A stretch of DNA of 64,000 nucleotides, taken from positions 160,001-224,000 of the forward strand of contig CAVXVB010000008.1 in NCBI GenBank assembly GCA_963765205.1, in the 5' to 3' direction. The notes below the pieces were generated by a model that was not told the DNA's origin, did not search any database, and saw only the letters and a program-made list of their open reading frames with translations. The stretch comes from an uncultured Verrucomicrobiae bacterium (GTDB lineage: Bacteria; Verrucomicrobiota; Verrucomicrobiia; Opitutales; JABDGR01). The translations under genes were made by a program, and so were the position numbers. Of the stretch, positions 49,530 to 59,592 are shown piece after piece. Positions within the stretch are counted from its first letter, which is position 1; each line of letters starts with the position of its first letter.

Positions 49530-49705
49530 GCGTGTAAAAGATGTTGTCTAGGCGCAGGATGCGCGGCGGACAAGGTTAATTCTCGGCAGTGGGGGCGGCA
49601 GGTTAAATTGAACAGAACCCATCCATGTAAGGCTGGCGATGAAATGGACTGCAAAACGCCTGGGTATCAATTGACAACCTTCCTCCAAAACTTAAGACTC
49701 CATAA

Positions 49706-49906
49706 ATGCATTCGCCTGAAGAATTAGCCGCCAGAAAGCTCAGGGACGACGCGTTCATAGACTTCGTCCGGCGGCTGACCTTGCTGATTACCAAGAATCG
49801 GCCGCTTATAAGTAACACTCCGCCAGCAGATCCAAACAAAACTAGAGAATGCATCAAAATAGCCCTCGTCGATGATCTCATGACGATAAATCAACCCCAC
49901 GAATAA
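49706..49906 (+). CDS. Small AT-rich hypothetical protein (66 aa)
   Basis: ORF within an AT-richer patch between divergent operons; no recognisable motif. Confidence 0.35.
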   Translation: MHSPEELAARKLRDDAFIDFVRRLTLLITKNRPLISNTPPADPNKTRECIKIALVDDLMTINQPHE

Positions 49907-49977
49907 ACCCATTGCCTTCTACTGGCGGAAAAATGGCCAGGGATTAGACTGCGCTTTATGAAACTTCGACCCTCCCC

Positions 49978-50852
49978 ATGCAAACTGCGGAAGCTTATGC
50001 CCGCTGCCTGGCGCTGACCCGCGCGCATTACGAGAATTTTCCCGTGGCGCGGATGGTGCCGCGGCGGTTGCGGCGGCCGTCGCCGCCGTCTATGCCTTTG
50101 CGCGCACGGCGGATGACATCGCGGACGAGGGCGTGGACCGGCCGGGCGGGCCGGTTTTATCCACCGCCGAACGGCTGGCGCGCCTGCGTGATTTTGAGGC
50201 AGCGCTCCTGACCAGCGATCAACATAAACCTGCGCCGCCAGAATGGGACTGGATTTTCACCGCCGTGGCTGACACGCGGCGGCAGTTCCATTTGCCGCTG
50301 TCGCTTTTCCAGGATTTGCTCTCGGCCTTCACCCAGGACGTGACCGTGCGGCGTTATGCGACTTTTGCCGACGTGCGGGATTATTGCCGGCGCAGCGCCA
50401 ACCCCGTCGGGCGGCTCGTCCTGCTGCTGCATGGCTTTAGCGACGAAACCCGTTTTGCGCAATCCGACGCAATTTGCACCGCGCTGCAACTGGCCAATTT
50501 CTGGCAGGACGTGACCGTGGACTGGCAAAAAGGCCGCGTCTATGTGCCGCAGGAGGATTGGGCGCGCTTCGGCGTGGCGGACGCGGATTTCGGCGCGGCC
50601 ACCGCGGCGCCGGGCCTGCGCGAGTGCCTGCGCTTTCAAGTCGAGCGCACGCTCGGACTGTTCGACCAAGGCCGGCCCCTGCCGGGTTCGCTTTCGTTTC
50701 CGCTGAGTTTCGAGATTCGCATCACCTGGCTCGGCGGCCGCGCCATCCTCGACCACATCGCGGCCCAAGATTACGACACCCTGCGCGCCCGCCCCGCCAT
50801 CGGCGCGCTGGATAAAGTGCGTTTGCTCTTGCGCGCCTTTTTCGCCATTTAA
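49978..50852 (+). CDS. hpnC: Hydroxysqualene synthase HpnC; one-base deletion near 50072
   Basis: HYENFPV, then (after the shift) AVYAFARTADDIADEG, YCRRSANPVGRL, LQLANFWQD, GRVYVP. Confidence 0.88.
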
Positions 50853-50859
50853 CCTGGGC

Positions 50860-53040
50860 ATGCCCACCGGCCCCACCACCGCGTCCGAGGCACGGCGCCA
50901 GTCCAACCTGGCGTTCTCCTTCTTCTGGCTCAAGCCCGAGGAGCGTGCGGCCATGTCGGTGTTCTACGATTTTTGCCGGCAAGTGGACGACATCGCCGAC
51001 GACATGGCCGCGCCCGTGCCGGAGAAAACCGCCGCGCTGGACGCCTGGCGCGCGGACCTCGTCGCCATCGCCAACCGGAAAGAACCCGCCCAACCGCTCG
51101 CGCGGGCACTCGCGCCGGTGGTCGCCCGCTTCGGCGTCGAGGTCAAAAATTTGCACGATATTGTGAACGGCGTGGCGCAGGACTTGGAGCCGCGCGCCTA
51201 CGCAAACTTCGAACAATTGCGCGGCTACTGCTACGGCGTGGCGTCGGCCGTCGGCCTGGTGTCCATCCGCATTTTCGGCTGCCGCGACGCGCGCTGCCCG
51301 GCGTTCGCGGAAAATCTCGGCTACGCGCTGCAACTGACCAACATTTTGCGCGACGTGGTCGAAGACCAGCGTGTTTACGGCCGCATTTACCTGCCGTGTG
51401 ACGAGATGGCCGCGTTCGGCGTCACGCCGGAGCAGCTTGCCGAGCCAAACGCGCACCCGGACTGCGCGCGGCTGTTCCACCTGCAATATTTCCGCGCCAA
51501 GCATTATTTCAACAAGGCTCGGCGGTTGCTGCCGGCGGAGGAGCGCAAGAATTTGCGCGCCGCGCTGATCATGGCCGCGTTCTACGAGGACATTCTCGAT
51601 AAAATTGCGCGCGGCGGATTTCAACTTTCCGAACAGCGCGTGCGCATCGGCAAGCTGCGAAAATTGCGCTTGGTGGCGCAGGTTTGGCGCGGACTCAGCC
51701 GGCCGTTGCCGAAATTAGCGCCGCCGGGCCGTGTGGCGGTATTGGGCGCGGGTGTGGCCGGCTTGAGCGCGGCGCTGGCGCTGGCCGAACAGGGCTGGGC
51801 CGTAAATGTTTACGAGGCGAAAAATTTTCCCGGCGGGCGCGCGTCGAGTTTGCGCGACGCGGCCAGCGGGCTGACCCTCGACAACGGCCAGCACGTCGTC
51901 ATGGGTTGTTACCACGCTTTTCTACGGCTGCTGGACCGCCTCGGCGCGCGCGACCGCCTGGCGGAATCGCCGGCGCTGCGCGTGGACTACGTCGCGCCCG
52001 AAGGAAAGTGGTCGCGCCTGGCGGCGGCGGCTTGCCCCGCGCCGTGGCACCTGCTGGTGGGACTGGGAAAATTCAGCGAGTTGAACACCGTGGATCGTTG
52101 GGGCATCCTGCGCCTCGGCCTGGCACTGAAGTTCGGTGCAACGCCTGGCGAAAACGAAACCGTGGCGCAATGGCTGACGCGCCACCGCCAAACGCCCGGC
52201 GCGGTGCGCGCGCTGTGGGAGCCGTTTTGCCTCGCGGCGCTGAACGAGCCCATGGCGACCGCCAGCGCGCGCTTGCTGGCGGAAACGATGCGCCGGTCCC
52301 TTTTCGGCTCAAAAAAAGATTCAGCCATATTTTTTGCGCGCGTCGGCTTGAGCGATTTGTTCCAACCCAACGCCGAAATTTATTTGCGGGCGACCGGCGG
52401 CGGCCTTCATTTTCGCACGCAAGCCGTCAGTCTCAATTTTGAGAGCGAAGGCGTGTATGTGGAAACGGCAAAAGGCGAAACGGTTGCCGCCGATTACGTC
52501 ATTTCCGCGCTGCCCTGGGCGGCCCTGCGCTCGCTGCTGCCGGCCGGCGGACCGTTGCACGAGCAACTGGGAAAGTTCACCTCCGCGGGAATTCTAAACA
52601 TCCACCTGCTCTGCGACCGGAAGCTCTTCGACGCGCCGTTCGCGGGCCTGCTCGACTCGCCATTCCACTGGATTTTCGACCGTTCCGACCATCTGCCGCC
52701 GGAACGCCAGGAACGCGAGTTCCTCTACGCCGTCACGATGAGCGCGGCGGGCGAAGCCTGGCTCGAACGCAAAAGCGAATTGATTCTGGCCGCGGTGCGC
52801 ACGGAACTCGCGCGCTTTTTCCCCGCCGCGCGCGAAGCGAAATTTCTGCGCGAACTGGTCATCAAGACCAAGGATGCAACCTTTGCCGCGCGCCCGGAAG
52901 TTGAGCCGGCGCGCCCCGGCCCGCGCACCGCGTGGAAGAATTTCCTCCTCGCCGGCGACTGGACGGCGACCAATCTGCCCGCCACCCTCGAAAGCGCGGC
53001 CCTCAGCGGCGAAACCGCCGCCCGCGCGGTGGATGAATAA
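50860..53040 (+). CDS. HpnD-HpnE fusion (presqualene diphosphate synthase + hydroxysqualene dehydroxylase)
   Basis: N-terminal FCRQVDDIAD, YCYGVASAVG, QLTNILRDV; C-terminal GAGVAGL, GGRA.S, DNGQH, LAGDWT..LPATLESA. Confidence 0.9.
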   Translation: MPTGPTTASEARRQSNLAFSFFWLKPEERAAMSVFYDFCRQVDDIADDMAAPVPEKTAALDAWRADLVAIANRKEPAQPLARALAPVVARFGVEVKNLHDIVNGVAQDLEPRAYANFEQLRGYCYGVASAVGLVSIRIFGCRDARCPAFAENLGYALQLTNILRDVVEDQRVYGRIYLPCDEMAAFGVTPEQLAEPNAHPDCARLFHLQYFRAKHYFNKARRLLPAEERKNLRAALIMAAFYEDILDKIARGGFQLSEQRVRIGKLRKLRLVAQVWRGLSRPLPKLAPPGRVAVLGAGVAGLSAALALAEQGWAVNVYEAKNFPGGRASSLRDAASGLTLDNGQHVVMGCYHAFLRLLDRLGARDRLAESPALRVDYVAPEGKWSRLAAAACPAPWHLLVGLGKFSELNTVDRWGILRLGLALKFGATPGENETVAQWLTRHRQTPGAVRALWEPFCLAALNEPMATASARLLAETMRRSLFGSKKDSAIFFARVGLSDLFQPNAEIYLRATGGGLHFRTQAVSLNFESEGVYVETAKGETVAADYVISALPWAALRSLLPAGGPLHEQLGKFTSAGILNIHLLCDRKLFDAPFAGLLDSPFHWIFDRSDHLPPERQEREFLYAVTMSAAGEAWLERKSELILAAVRTELARFFPAAREAKFLRELVIKTKDATFAARPEVEPARPGPRTAWKNFLLAGDWTATNLPATLESAALSGETAARAVDE

Positions 53041-53045
53041 GAAAT

Positions 53046-53143
53046 TTAACCACAGAGGACACGGAGAGCACGGAGAAGATCGTTTCAAGTTTCGGGTTTC
53101 GAGTTGAATTTTCTCCGTGTCCTCTGTGTTCTCCGTGGTTCAA
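53046..53143. repeat. Gene-less inverted pair of CACGGAG-family 9-nt arms
   Basis: ttaaccacagaggacacggagagcacggagaa ... ttctccgtgtcctctgtgttctccgtggttcaa; contains the gltX stop codon. Confidence 0.92.
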
Positions 53144-54513
53144 TTCTTTAGAAATTTATCCAGCCGCGTCAGCACGCGCTCCTTGCCCAGCACGCGCAGA
53201 AGACCGTAAAGGCTCGGGCCGACGCTCATGCCGGAAACGGCGAGGCGCGCGGCGTGGATGTAGTCGGCGGTCTTGACGCCATGTTGCGCGGCCAGTTCCT
53301 GCACGGTTTTTTCGAGCGCGGCGTCGGCAAAATCGGCCTGGGCAATTAGCGCGGCCTGCAATTCCCGCAGGCGCGCCAGCGGGTCGCCGGATTTCAGGAG
53401 TTTCTCGCGCGCGGCGGCATCCATCGCAAAATCCTCGCGGAAGAAATACGCGCAAAAGTGCGGCAGCTCGTCCAGCGCGCGGATTTTTTCCTGGCAGAGT
53501 GTCAGCACGGCCTGCACATAGTCCTCGGGGGTGTCGTCGCGGACGAGGCCGGCTTCGGCGAGAATGGGGCGACCGAGCCACGCGAGGTTGCCCGCCGGAA
53601 GGGCGCGGACGTAGTGCGTGTTGATGAACGCCATCTTTTTCTCGTCGAAGCGCGCGTTGTGCTGGACGATGCCCGGCAGGTCGAACAGGCGAATGACTTC
53701 CTCGATGGGCAAAACCTCGCGGTCGTCCTTCGGCGACCAGCCGAGTAGGCAGAGGTAATTCCGCACGGCCTCGGGCAGGTAATTCTTTTTTTGGTATTCC
53801 TCGATGAGCGCGCCCTGGTCGCGCTTGCTCATTTTGCCGGCGCCATGCGTCTTGAGGATGAGCGGAATGTGCGCGTAGTGCGGCACCGGCGCGCCCAAAG
53901 CCTCGAACAGCACGACGTGCTTGGGCGTGTTCGAGAGGTGCTCCTCGCCGCGGATGACGTGCGTGATGTGCATCGTGATGTCGTCCACCACATTGACGAA
54001 ATGGAACACCGGATCGCCGTTGGCGCGGATGATGACGAAATCCTCGTCCACCTCGCGCTCGACCCGCCCGCGCACATAGTCGTTGATCACCGGCACGACG
54101 CCGCGGACTTTCTCGACGTGCCTCTGCTTGTGGTCGTCCCACGCCTGGTAGCGCTCGCCGAGCAGTTTGAAATAAACCGCGCCGTCTTTCTCATACGCGC
54201 GCCCGGCGGCAAAAAGTTTGGCGAGATATTCCTTATACAGCGCGCCGCGCATGCTCTGGAAATAGGGGCCGTATTTATCGTCCGCCTCGGGGCCTTCGTC
54301 CCAATTCAAACCCAGCCAGCGCATCCCGTCGAACAGGACGCGCAGGGCCTCGGTCGTGTTGCGCTCCTTGTCGGTGTCCTCGATGCGCAGGATGAACGTG
54401 CCGCCGGTGTGGCGGGCGTAGAGCCAGTTGAACAGGGCGGTGCGCGCGCTGCCGATGTGGAAAAATCCAGTCGGGCTGGGCGCGAAACGGACGCGGACGG
54501 GGGAGTCGGGCAT
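53140..54513 (-). CDS. gltX: Glutamate--tRNA ligase
   Basis: [30 protein letters not shown]. Confidence 0.96.
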   Translation of the reverse strand: MPDSPVRVRFAPSPTGFFHIGSARTALFNWLYARHTGGTFILRIEDTDKERNTTEALRVLFDGMRWLGLNWDEGPEADDKYGPYFQSMRGALYKEYLAKLFAAGRAYEKDGAVYFKLLGERYQAWDDHKQRHVEKVRGVVPVINDYVRGRVEREVDEDFVIIRANGDPVFHFVNVVDDITMHITHVIRGEEHLSNTPKHVVLFEALGAPVPHYAHIPLILKTHGAGKMSKRDQGALIEEYQKKNYLPEAVRNYLCLLGWSPKDDREVLPIEEVIRLFDLPGIVQHNARFDEKKMAFINTHYVRALPAGNLAWLGRPILAEAGLVRDDTPEDYVQAVLTLCQEKIRALDELPHFCAYFFREDFAMDAAAREKLLKSGDPLARLRELQAALIAQADFADAALEKTVQELAAQHGVKTADYIHAARLAVSGMSVGPSLYGLLRVLGKERVLTRLDKFLKN

Positions 54514-55563
54514 GGTAAAAAACGGCCAGTCTGACGGGATTAATGAAAAATGCAAAATGCAAAATGGGCCGGCCACGGACCGGCCGCGCCCGGCCTATGG
54601 TCAATCCACACGACCATGGCATATTTCGCAAGTCGCTGCTATTTAGTTTCTTGAAGAAAATTGGCGGCCAATTAATAGAACACGGCTGATTTTTGTTCGT
54701 TTTGCCGATTGCTGGGTGTCCCTTCTATATCTCGCCCTTTTCGAACGTAACGGATCCATCATGACCGACACCCCACCCATCATTTGTTCAGAATGCGGAA
54801 AGCCGTTTAACGAAAGTGGCATGATTCGCCACGGTAACGTCTTCATTTGCGCCAGTTGCAAGCCGATATTCATGCAGAAATTGTCCGAAGGAGCGCGAAT
54901 TGACACTGGAGAAATTCATTATGCCTGCTTCTGGATACGGTTCACTGCCATGTTCTTGGACGAACTGCTGATCGGCATTCCGGAACTGATCGCTGCGGCA
55001 ATTTACATTCATGTCCGAGGGATTACGGTATCGTTCGCGACCCATGAGGCGGTGGCAAACTGGTTGGGGCAACTGCAACCCATAATCACAGGCAGCATAA
55101 TCCTGAAGTTGCTTTACGAAACCATCCTGGTGGGCAAATTTGGCGCCACCGTCGGGAAGATGGTCTGCAAAATTAAAATTGGCACCGCGGATCGTGAACC
55201 GGTTTCCTATCTGCGGGCTCTATGCCGGGCAGTTTGCAAAAGGATTTGCGCACTGAATTTTTTATTAATTGTCGTTTATCTCATCGCCGCTTTTGACAAA
55301 CAGAAGCGCGCGGGCTATGACTTCCTGTGCAAAACCCGGGTGATCTACAGTTATGAACCATGACCTGTGGCTCTTGCACCGCAATAAGAGGCAAACAAGC
55401 GGCGGTGTTATTTTTGACCCTTGTGGATCAACGTTTTTCAAATTAAGACACCACCCACGGTCGGGCAGCCGCGAAACGAACTTGGACGGGGGAGTTGGGC
55501 ATGGTAAAAAACGGGCGGTCTGACGGGATTAAGGCAAAATGCAAAATTGAGACAGGCGGCCAC
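54482..55563. repeat. ~95-bp imperfect direct repeat (54482-54576 / 55471-55563) flanking the RDD gene
   Basis: Both copies carry the first ~10 gltX codons plus upstream DNA (gggcatggtaaaaaacgg..gtctgacgggattaa..aaaatgcaaaat..ggccac). Confidence 0.9.
54761..55363 (+). CDS. RDD family membrane protein with N-terminal Zn-ribbon (AT-rich)
   Basis: CSECG..CASCK; YACFWIRFTAMFLD, GATVGKM, KRAGYD...TRV. Confidence 0.85.
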   Translation: MTDTPPIICSECGKPFNESGMIRHGNVFICASCKPIFMQKLSEGARIDTGEIHYACFWIRFTAMFLDELLIGIPELIAAAIYIHVRGITVSFATHEAVANWLGQLQPIITGSIILKLLYETILVGKFGATVGKMVCKIKIGTADREPVSYLRALCRAVCKRICALNFLLIVVYLIAAFDKQKRAGYDFLCKTRVIYSYEP

Positions 55564-55601
55564 TCTGGCTTTGCGTTTTGCATTTCGCATTTTACATTTT
55601 G
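55534..55601. repeat. Inverted pair of 7-nt arms (GCAAAAT)n
   Basis: gcaaaatgcaaaat ... tttgcgttttgcatttcgcattttacatttt. Confidence 0.8.
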
Positions 55602-55610
55602 TGTTTCCGC

Positions 55611-56387
55611 ATGCCCTACCTTGGCCCCGCCCTCGACGTGCCGCGCTATTTCGCCGATCTGCCGCCCGCGGCGACAACGGCGGGCTTCGCCATTGAAAAA
55701 TTTGGTGAGGAGGCCGGCTGGCCCCTGCTGGCCTTGCGGCGCGCGGCAGCGCGGGCCGACGCGCCGATCGTTTATCTTTCCGCCGGCATCCATGGCGATG
55801 AACCGGCGGGGCCGCTGGCACTGCTGAGCTTCTTGACGGAGAAGTATTTCACCGACGATTGTCATTGGCTGGTTTGCCCGGCCCTGAACCCCGTCGGCCT
55901 GGCGGCCAAGACGCGGGAAAACCGCGCAGGGGTGGACCTGAACCGCGATTACCGCGCGCCGCAAACCGCCGAGGCCAGGCAGCACCGGGCCTTTTTAGAG
56001 GGCGAGCTGGCGGCGGGCCGCGGGCGTTTCGCGCTGTCCATCCTGCTGCACGAAGACTGGGAATCGAAGGGTTTCTATATGTATGAATTGAACCGCACGC
56101 CGGGGCCGCTGCTCGGGCCCAGCGTCCTCGCGGCCGTCGAACCGATTTGTGGGGTGGACCGCTCGCCGGTTATCGAAGGCATGGAGGCGAACGGCGGCCT
56201 CATCACGCGCCCCGTGACCAATTTTCAGGAGCGCCCGCTCTGGCCCGAAGCCCTCTGGCTCGTGCTGCACCACACCGACCGCAATATGACCGTGGAAGCC
56301 CCTTCAGCCCAGGCACTGGAAAAGCGCGTTGCGGCCTTGTGCGCCGCCGTGCGCGCGGCGTTGGACGCTTGGAAAAAGAAAGATTGA
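55611..56387 (+). CDS. M14-family metallocarboxypeptidase / succinylglutamate desuccinylase-like
   Basis: AGIHGDEPAG, NPVG, RENRAGVDLNRD, LHED, VEAPS. Confidence 0.9.
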   Translation: MPYLGPALDVPRYFADLPPAATTAGFAIEKFGEEAGWPLLALRRAAARADAPIVYLSAGIHGDEPAGPLALLSFLTEKYFTDDCHWLVCPALNPVGLAAKTRENRAGVDLNRDYRAPQTAEARQHRAFLEGELAAGRGRFALSILLHEDWESKGFYMYELNRTPGPLLGPSVLAAVEPICGVDRSPVIEGMEANGGLITRPVTNFQERPLWPEALWLVLHHTDRNMTVEAPSAQALEKRVAALCAAVRAALDAWKKKD

Positions 56388-56460
56388 ACCACGGAGAACA
56401 CGGAGGTCACGGAGGAAATTCAACTCGAAACCCGCCCCCCTCCGTGTCCTCCGTGGTTAA
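56384..56460. repeat. Gene-less inverted pair of CACGGAG-family 9-nt arms
   Basis: ttgaaccacggagaacacggaggtcacggagg ... cctccgtgtcctccgtggttaa; contains the M14 peptidase stop codon. Confidence 0.92.
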
Positions 56461-56465
56461 ATTTC

Positions 56466-57398
56466 TTATTTTTTCACCCCGCTCGCCAGCAGCGTTTCGA
56501 AAAACGGCTCCTTCTCCTCGCGGGCGACAGTTTCGACTTCGACATTGGCAAAGCCGGCCTTGCGCAGCCATTGGTAAAGCGAGTTCTCGGGAAAGCCGAG
56601 CCAGCGGTCGGCATAGAGTTCACGGGCTTGCTCGAAAGTGTGTTCCTTGAGGTCAAGGATGAGCACGCGCCCGCCGGGCTTCAAGATGCGATAGGCCTCG
56701 GCCAGCGCCTGCGGTGGGTGCTCGGCGTGATGCAGCGCCTGGCTCAGCAACGCCAGCTGCACGCTGGCAGTGGGCAGCGGCACGGCCTCAATATCGCCCA
56801 GTTTGTATTCGAGATTTGCGATGTTGTGCTTGCGCGCCAGTTCGCCGCCGAACTCGACCATCTTCGGCGAGTTGTCAATGCAGTGGACAAATTCCGCCTG
56901 GCGCGCGAGCAGCTGCGACAGCACCCCTTCGCCCGCGCCGAGGTCGGCGATGCGCAGCGGCGGCGCGAGGCGCAGCAGGAGATGGCCGATGGCCTCCCAC
57001 GAACGGCCCGGGCAATAATTTTTGCCCAGGCGGCCGGCCACCGCGTTAAAATACTCCTCGGCCCGGCGGCGGCGCTTGTCGAGCGCGCGCTGGAGGTTGG
57101 CGCGGTCGTCGCGCGCCGCCGGGCGGTCGGCCACCGCTTGGATGGCCGCCTCGACCAGCTTGCGCTGGGCGTCCGGCAACTCGGCGTTGAAGGAATAAAA
57201 AGTTTTCTTGCCCTCCTTGCGGTCGGCGACCAAGCCGCCCTGGCGCAGCAACGCGAGGTGCGACGAGATACGCGACTGGCCCATGCCGAGGACTTCCTGC
57301 AATTCGGCCACAGACAATTCCTCGCGCGCCAACAGACAGACCAGGCGCAGGCGCGTGGGGTCGGCAACAAGCTTGAGCAATTCCCAAGGGTCGGTCAT
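56466..57398 (-). CDS. ArsR HTH + SAM-methyltransferase-fold regulator (SahR-like)
   Basis: ADPTRLRL, ELSVAEL, QSRISSHL; DLGAGEG, QALHH, LKPGG. Confidence 0.9.
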   Translation of the reverse strand: MTDPWELLKLVADPTRLRLVCLLAREELSVAELQEVLGMGQSRISSHLALLRQGGLVADRKEGKKTFYSFNAELPDAQRKLVEAAIQAVADRPAARDDRANLQRALDKRRRRAEEYFNAVAGRLGKNYCPGRSWEAIGHLLLRLAPPLRIADLGAGEGVLSQLLARQAEFVHCIDNSPKMVEFGGELARKHNIANLEYKLGDIEAVPLPTASVQLALLSQALHHAEHPPQALAEAYRILKPGGRVLILDLKEHTFEQARELYADRWLGFPENSLYQWLRKAGFANVEVETVAREEKEPFFETLLASGVKK

Positions 57399-57426
57399 GG
57401 GCGCGGCAATAAACGCAACGCGCCGC

Positions 57427-59418
57427 TTAGGACGCGCCGGCCGGCGGTTCGGCGGGCGGCGCAGCCGATTCCGCCGCGGGTTCGACCTGGGTCGGCGCTT
57501 CGACTTCGAGCGGCGGAGCGAGAACGTCGGCGAATTCAGCCGCGTCTGCCTCATCCCCCAAGGCGGCGGATTCTTCTTCGGACGCGGGCGAAAACGGCGA
57601 TGCGGTGGCCTCCTCAATGATTTCCTCCTCGGACGAGGCGGCAGGCGCTTCGGCCTCGGCGGGAACCACCCCTTCATTGGCCGCCTTGGCCTTGGGCGCG
57701 GGCAATGGCGGCGGCGCGAACAGCCGCCCGTCTCCGTATTCAATCACATACCCCTCGGTGACGAGCCAGCGCAGGTTGATGACCAAGTCACGGATTTGCT
57801 GCGTCTGTTCGGGAGTGAAATGAGTTTCGGGTTTCGAGTTTCGAGTTTCGAGTTCGGGGGCCGGAGCTGTTTTCGCGGCATCTTCCGTTTTGCCTGTGGC
57901 ATTTTCCATTACGGGCGCTTCCGGCTCCGCGCTTGCAGCCGATTTCCCCCCACTCCCCGCTCCCGGCTCCGTGCCCACGGGTTCCACGCTCTTCTTTTCC
58001 GCCGGCAACGGCAGCCCCAAAAATTCGTGCGGGAGCCGCGAGGCCGGCGTCAGAGGGTGCTGCTCGATAAAACTGATGAGTTTCTGCACATGGTCAGCCA
58101 GCACCGTCTGCGGATCGCGGAACCGGCGCTTGACTGCGCAAATATAAGAGACGCCCTTCGAGCCTTTTTTATACAAGTTGAATTTCATGCGGCGCAACCG
58201 GCCGCGCAAATTGTTCGCCGTGTCGAGCGGGAAGCGCCGTTGCAGCGCGAGCAGCGCCTCGACTGAGTGGCGAATGTTCCCGGGCGGGAATTGCTCCAGG
58301 CTGCGGCCGGAGTAACGCCCGGTGTCGAGCGCCCGCACAATCGCATCCTTGTTTTTACCCAGCAAAAACTGCCGCGCCGCGTCGAGGGTCTCGAAAAATT
58401 CCGGCGCGCCTTCCACCGGCGTCTTCAGCTTGTAGCGCGTGGTCTTCTTCATTTTCTCCAGCCACGCGGCGAGGTGCTCCGGCTCCTTGACCAATTCCAC
58501 GCGCGCGGTAAATTTGTCGAACGGCATCCGCGCCAGCCGGCGGGCGTGGTGCTCGCGCAGCAATTGCTGGTAGCGGTGGTAATTGGGCGGCCCCAGCAGC
58601 TCGCCGGTGAAGCCGCAGCGGCTCACCCCGATGAAATTGCCCTTCGGCGGCTCGACCTCGATTTCCTCCACATCCAAAAATTTGTCGAGGTGCTTCTCGA
58701 AAACGTGGTTGACCGCCTCCTCCTCCGTCTCGAAGGGCAGCAGGTCCGGCTGGCTGATGTAAATGAGCGGGGCCGGCGCGCCCTCCTCGCGCGACAACGG
58801 CTTGATCACGACGACGAAGCGCTCCGGCTTTTGCAAAATCAGGCGGGCCACCTCGAACAATTCGTAAGTCCGGCCCGAACTGCGGATGGCCTTCAACAAT
58901 GCGCGAAACGCCGCGTCATCCGGATAAAACAAAACCTCGTGCGTCGGGTGAAACGGCGGCGGGGAATGTCGGCGGTCATCCCGGCCATAACCCTCCCGCC
59001 CAAATCCCTCGCGGCGCGGCGGGCGCATCCCGTCCGGGCCGCGGAACGGCGCGCGCGAGGCTTCCCCCATCTGCGGCGGCGCGCCCAAGGGCGCATTCCC
59101 GCCATTGCCCGCCGCCGGGGCATGGGCCGGCGCAAACGCCGCCGGCGTCGCCGGGCGCGCGGGGCGGCGGTCACGGCGCGGCGGCCCGCCGCTATTAAAA
59201 CCGCCAAAGTCGCGCCTGCGGTCGCCGCCGGAGCGCCCTTCGCCCCGGCCGCCCATCTTGCGCGCCAAAGTGGCCGCGCTCGGCGTGGAACTCCAGTCCG
59301 GCCCGAACGAGATGCTTTTCAGCACGCTCAAATCCACAGCCTCTCCCGCTGCGTTGCGCGCGGCGGGTGGGCTGGTTTCCGGGGCCGATGAAGGCTCTGC
59401 AGTTTCGTTATCCGTCAT
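57427..59418 (-). CDS. Hypothetical protein (663 aa) with disordered termini
   Basis: Long ORF with host-like codon usage; structured core (LGPPNYHRY, LRWLVTEGYVIEYGDGRL). Confidence 0.8.
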   Translation of the reverse strand: MTDNETAEPSSAPETSPPAARNAAGEAVDLSVLKSISFGPDWSSTPSAATLARKMGGRGEGRSGGDRRRDFGGFNSGGPPRRDRRPARPATPAAFAPAHAPAAGNGGNAPLGAPPQMGEASRAPFRGPDGMRPPRREGFGREGYGRDDRRHSPPPFHPTHEVLFYPDDAAFRALLKAIRSSGRTYELFEVARLILQKPERFVVVIKPLSREEGAPAPLIYISQPDLLPFETEEEAVNHVFEKHLDKFLDVEEIEVEPPKGNFIGVSRCGFTGELLGPPNYHRYQQLLREHHARRLARMPFDKFTARVELVKEPEHLAAWLEKMKKTTRYKLKTPVEGAPEFFETLDAARQFLLGKNKDAIVRALDTGRYSGRSLEQFPPGNIRHSVEALLALQRRFPLDTANNLRGRLRRMKFNLYKKGSKGVSYICAVKRRFRDPQTVLADHVQKLISFIEQHPLTPASRLPHEFLGLPLPAEKKSVEPVGTEPGAGSGGKSAASAEPEAPVMENATGKTEDAAKTAPAPELETRNSKPETHFTPEQTQQIRDLVINLRWLVTEGYVIEYGDGRLFAPPPLPAPKAKAANEGVVPAEAEAPAASSEEEIIEEATASPFSPASEEESAALGDEADAAEFADVLAPPLEVEAPTQVEPAAESAAPPAEPPAGAS

Positions 59419-59592
59419 CTTGACGCTATCGCTTTGGTCGCACAGTGGGGCAAAACCTCCCCCGCAGCAAGCGCGGAATTAGCAAAATAAATAGCGCCCA
59501 AAAACCAGGCTTCCGGCCGGCGGCCGGCCTCGCCTTGGCCCACCCATCGCAAACTTGCCGCCGCCGCCCCGAACTGTCACCATCACGGGGAT

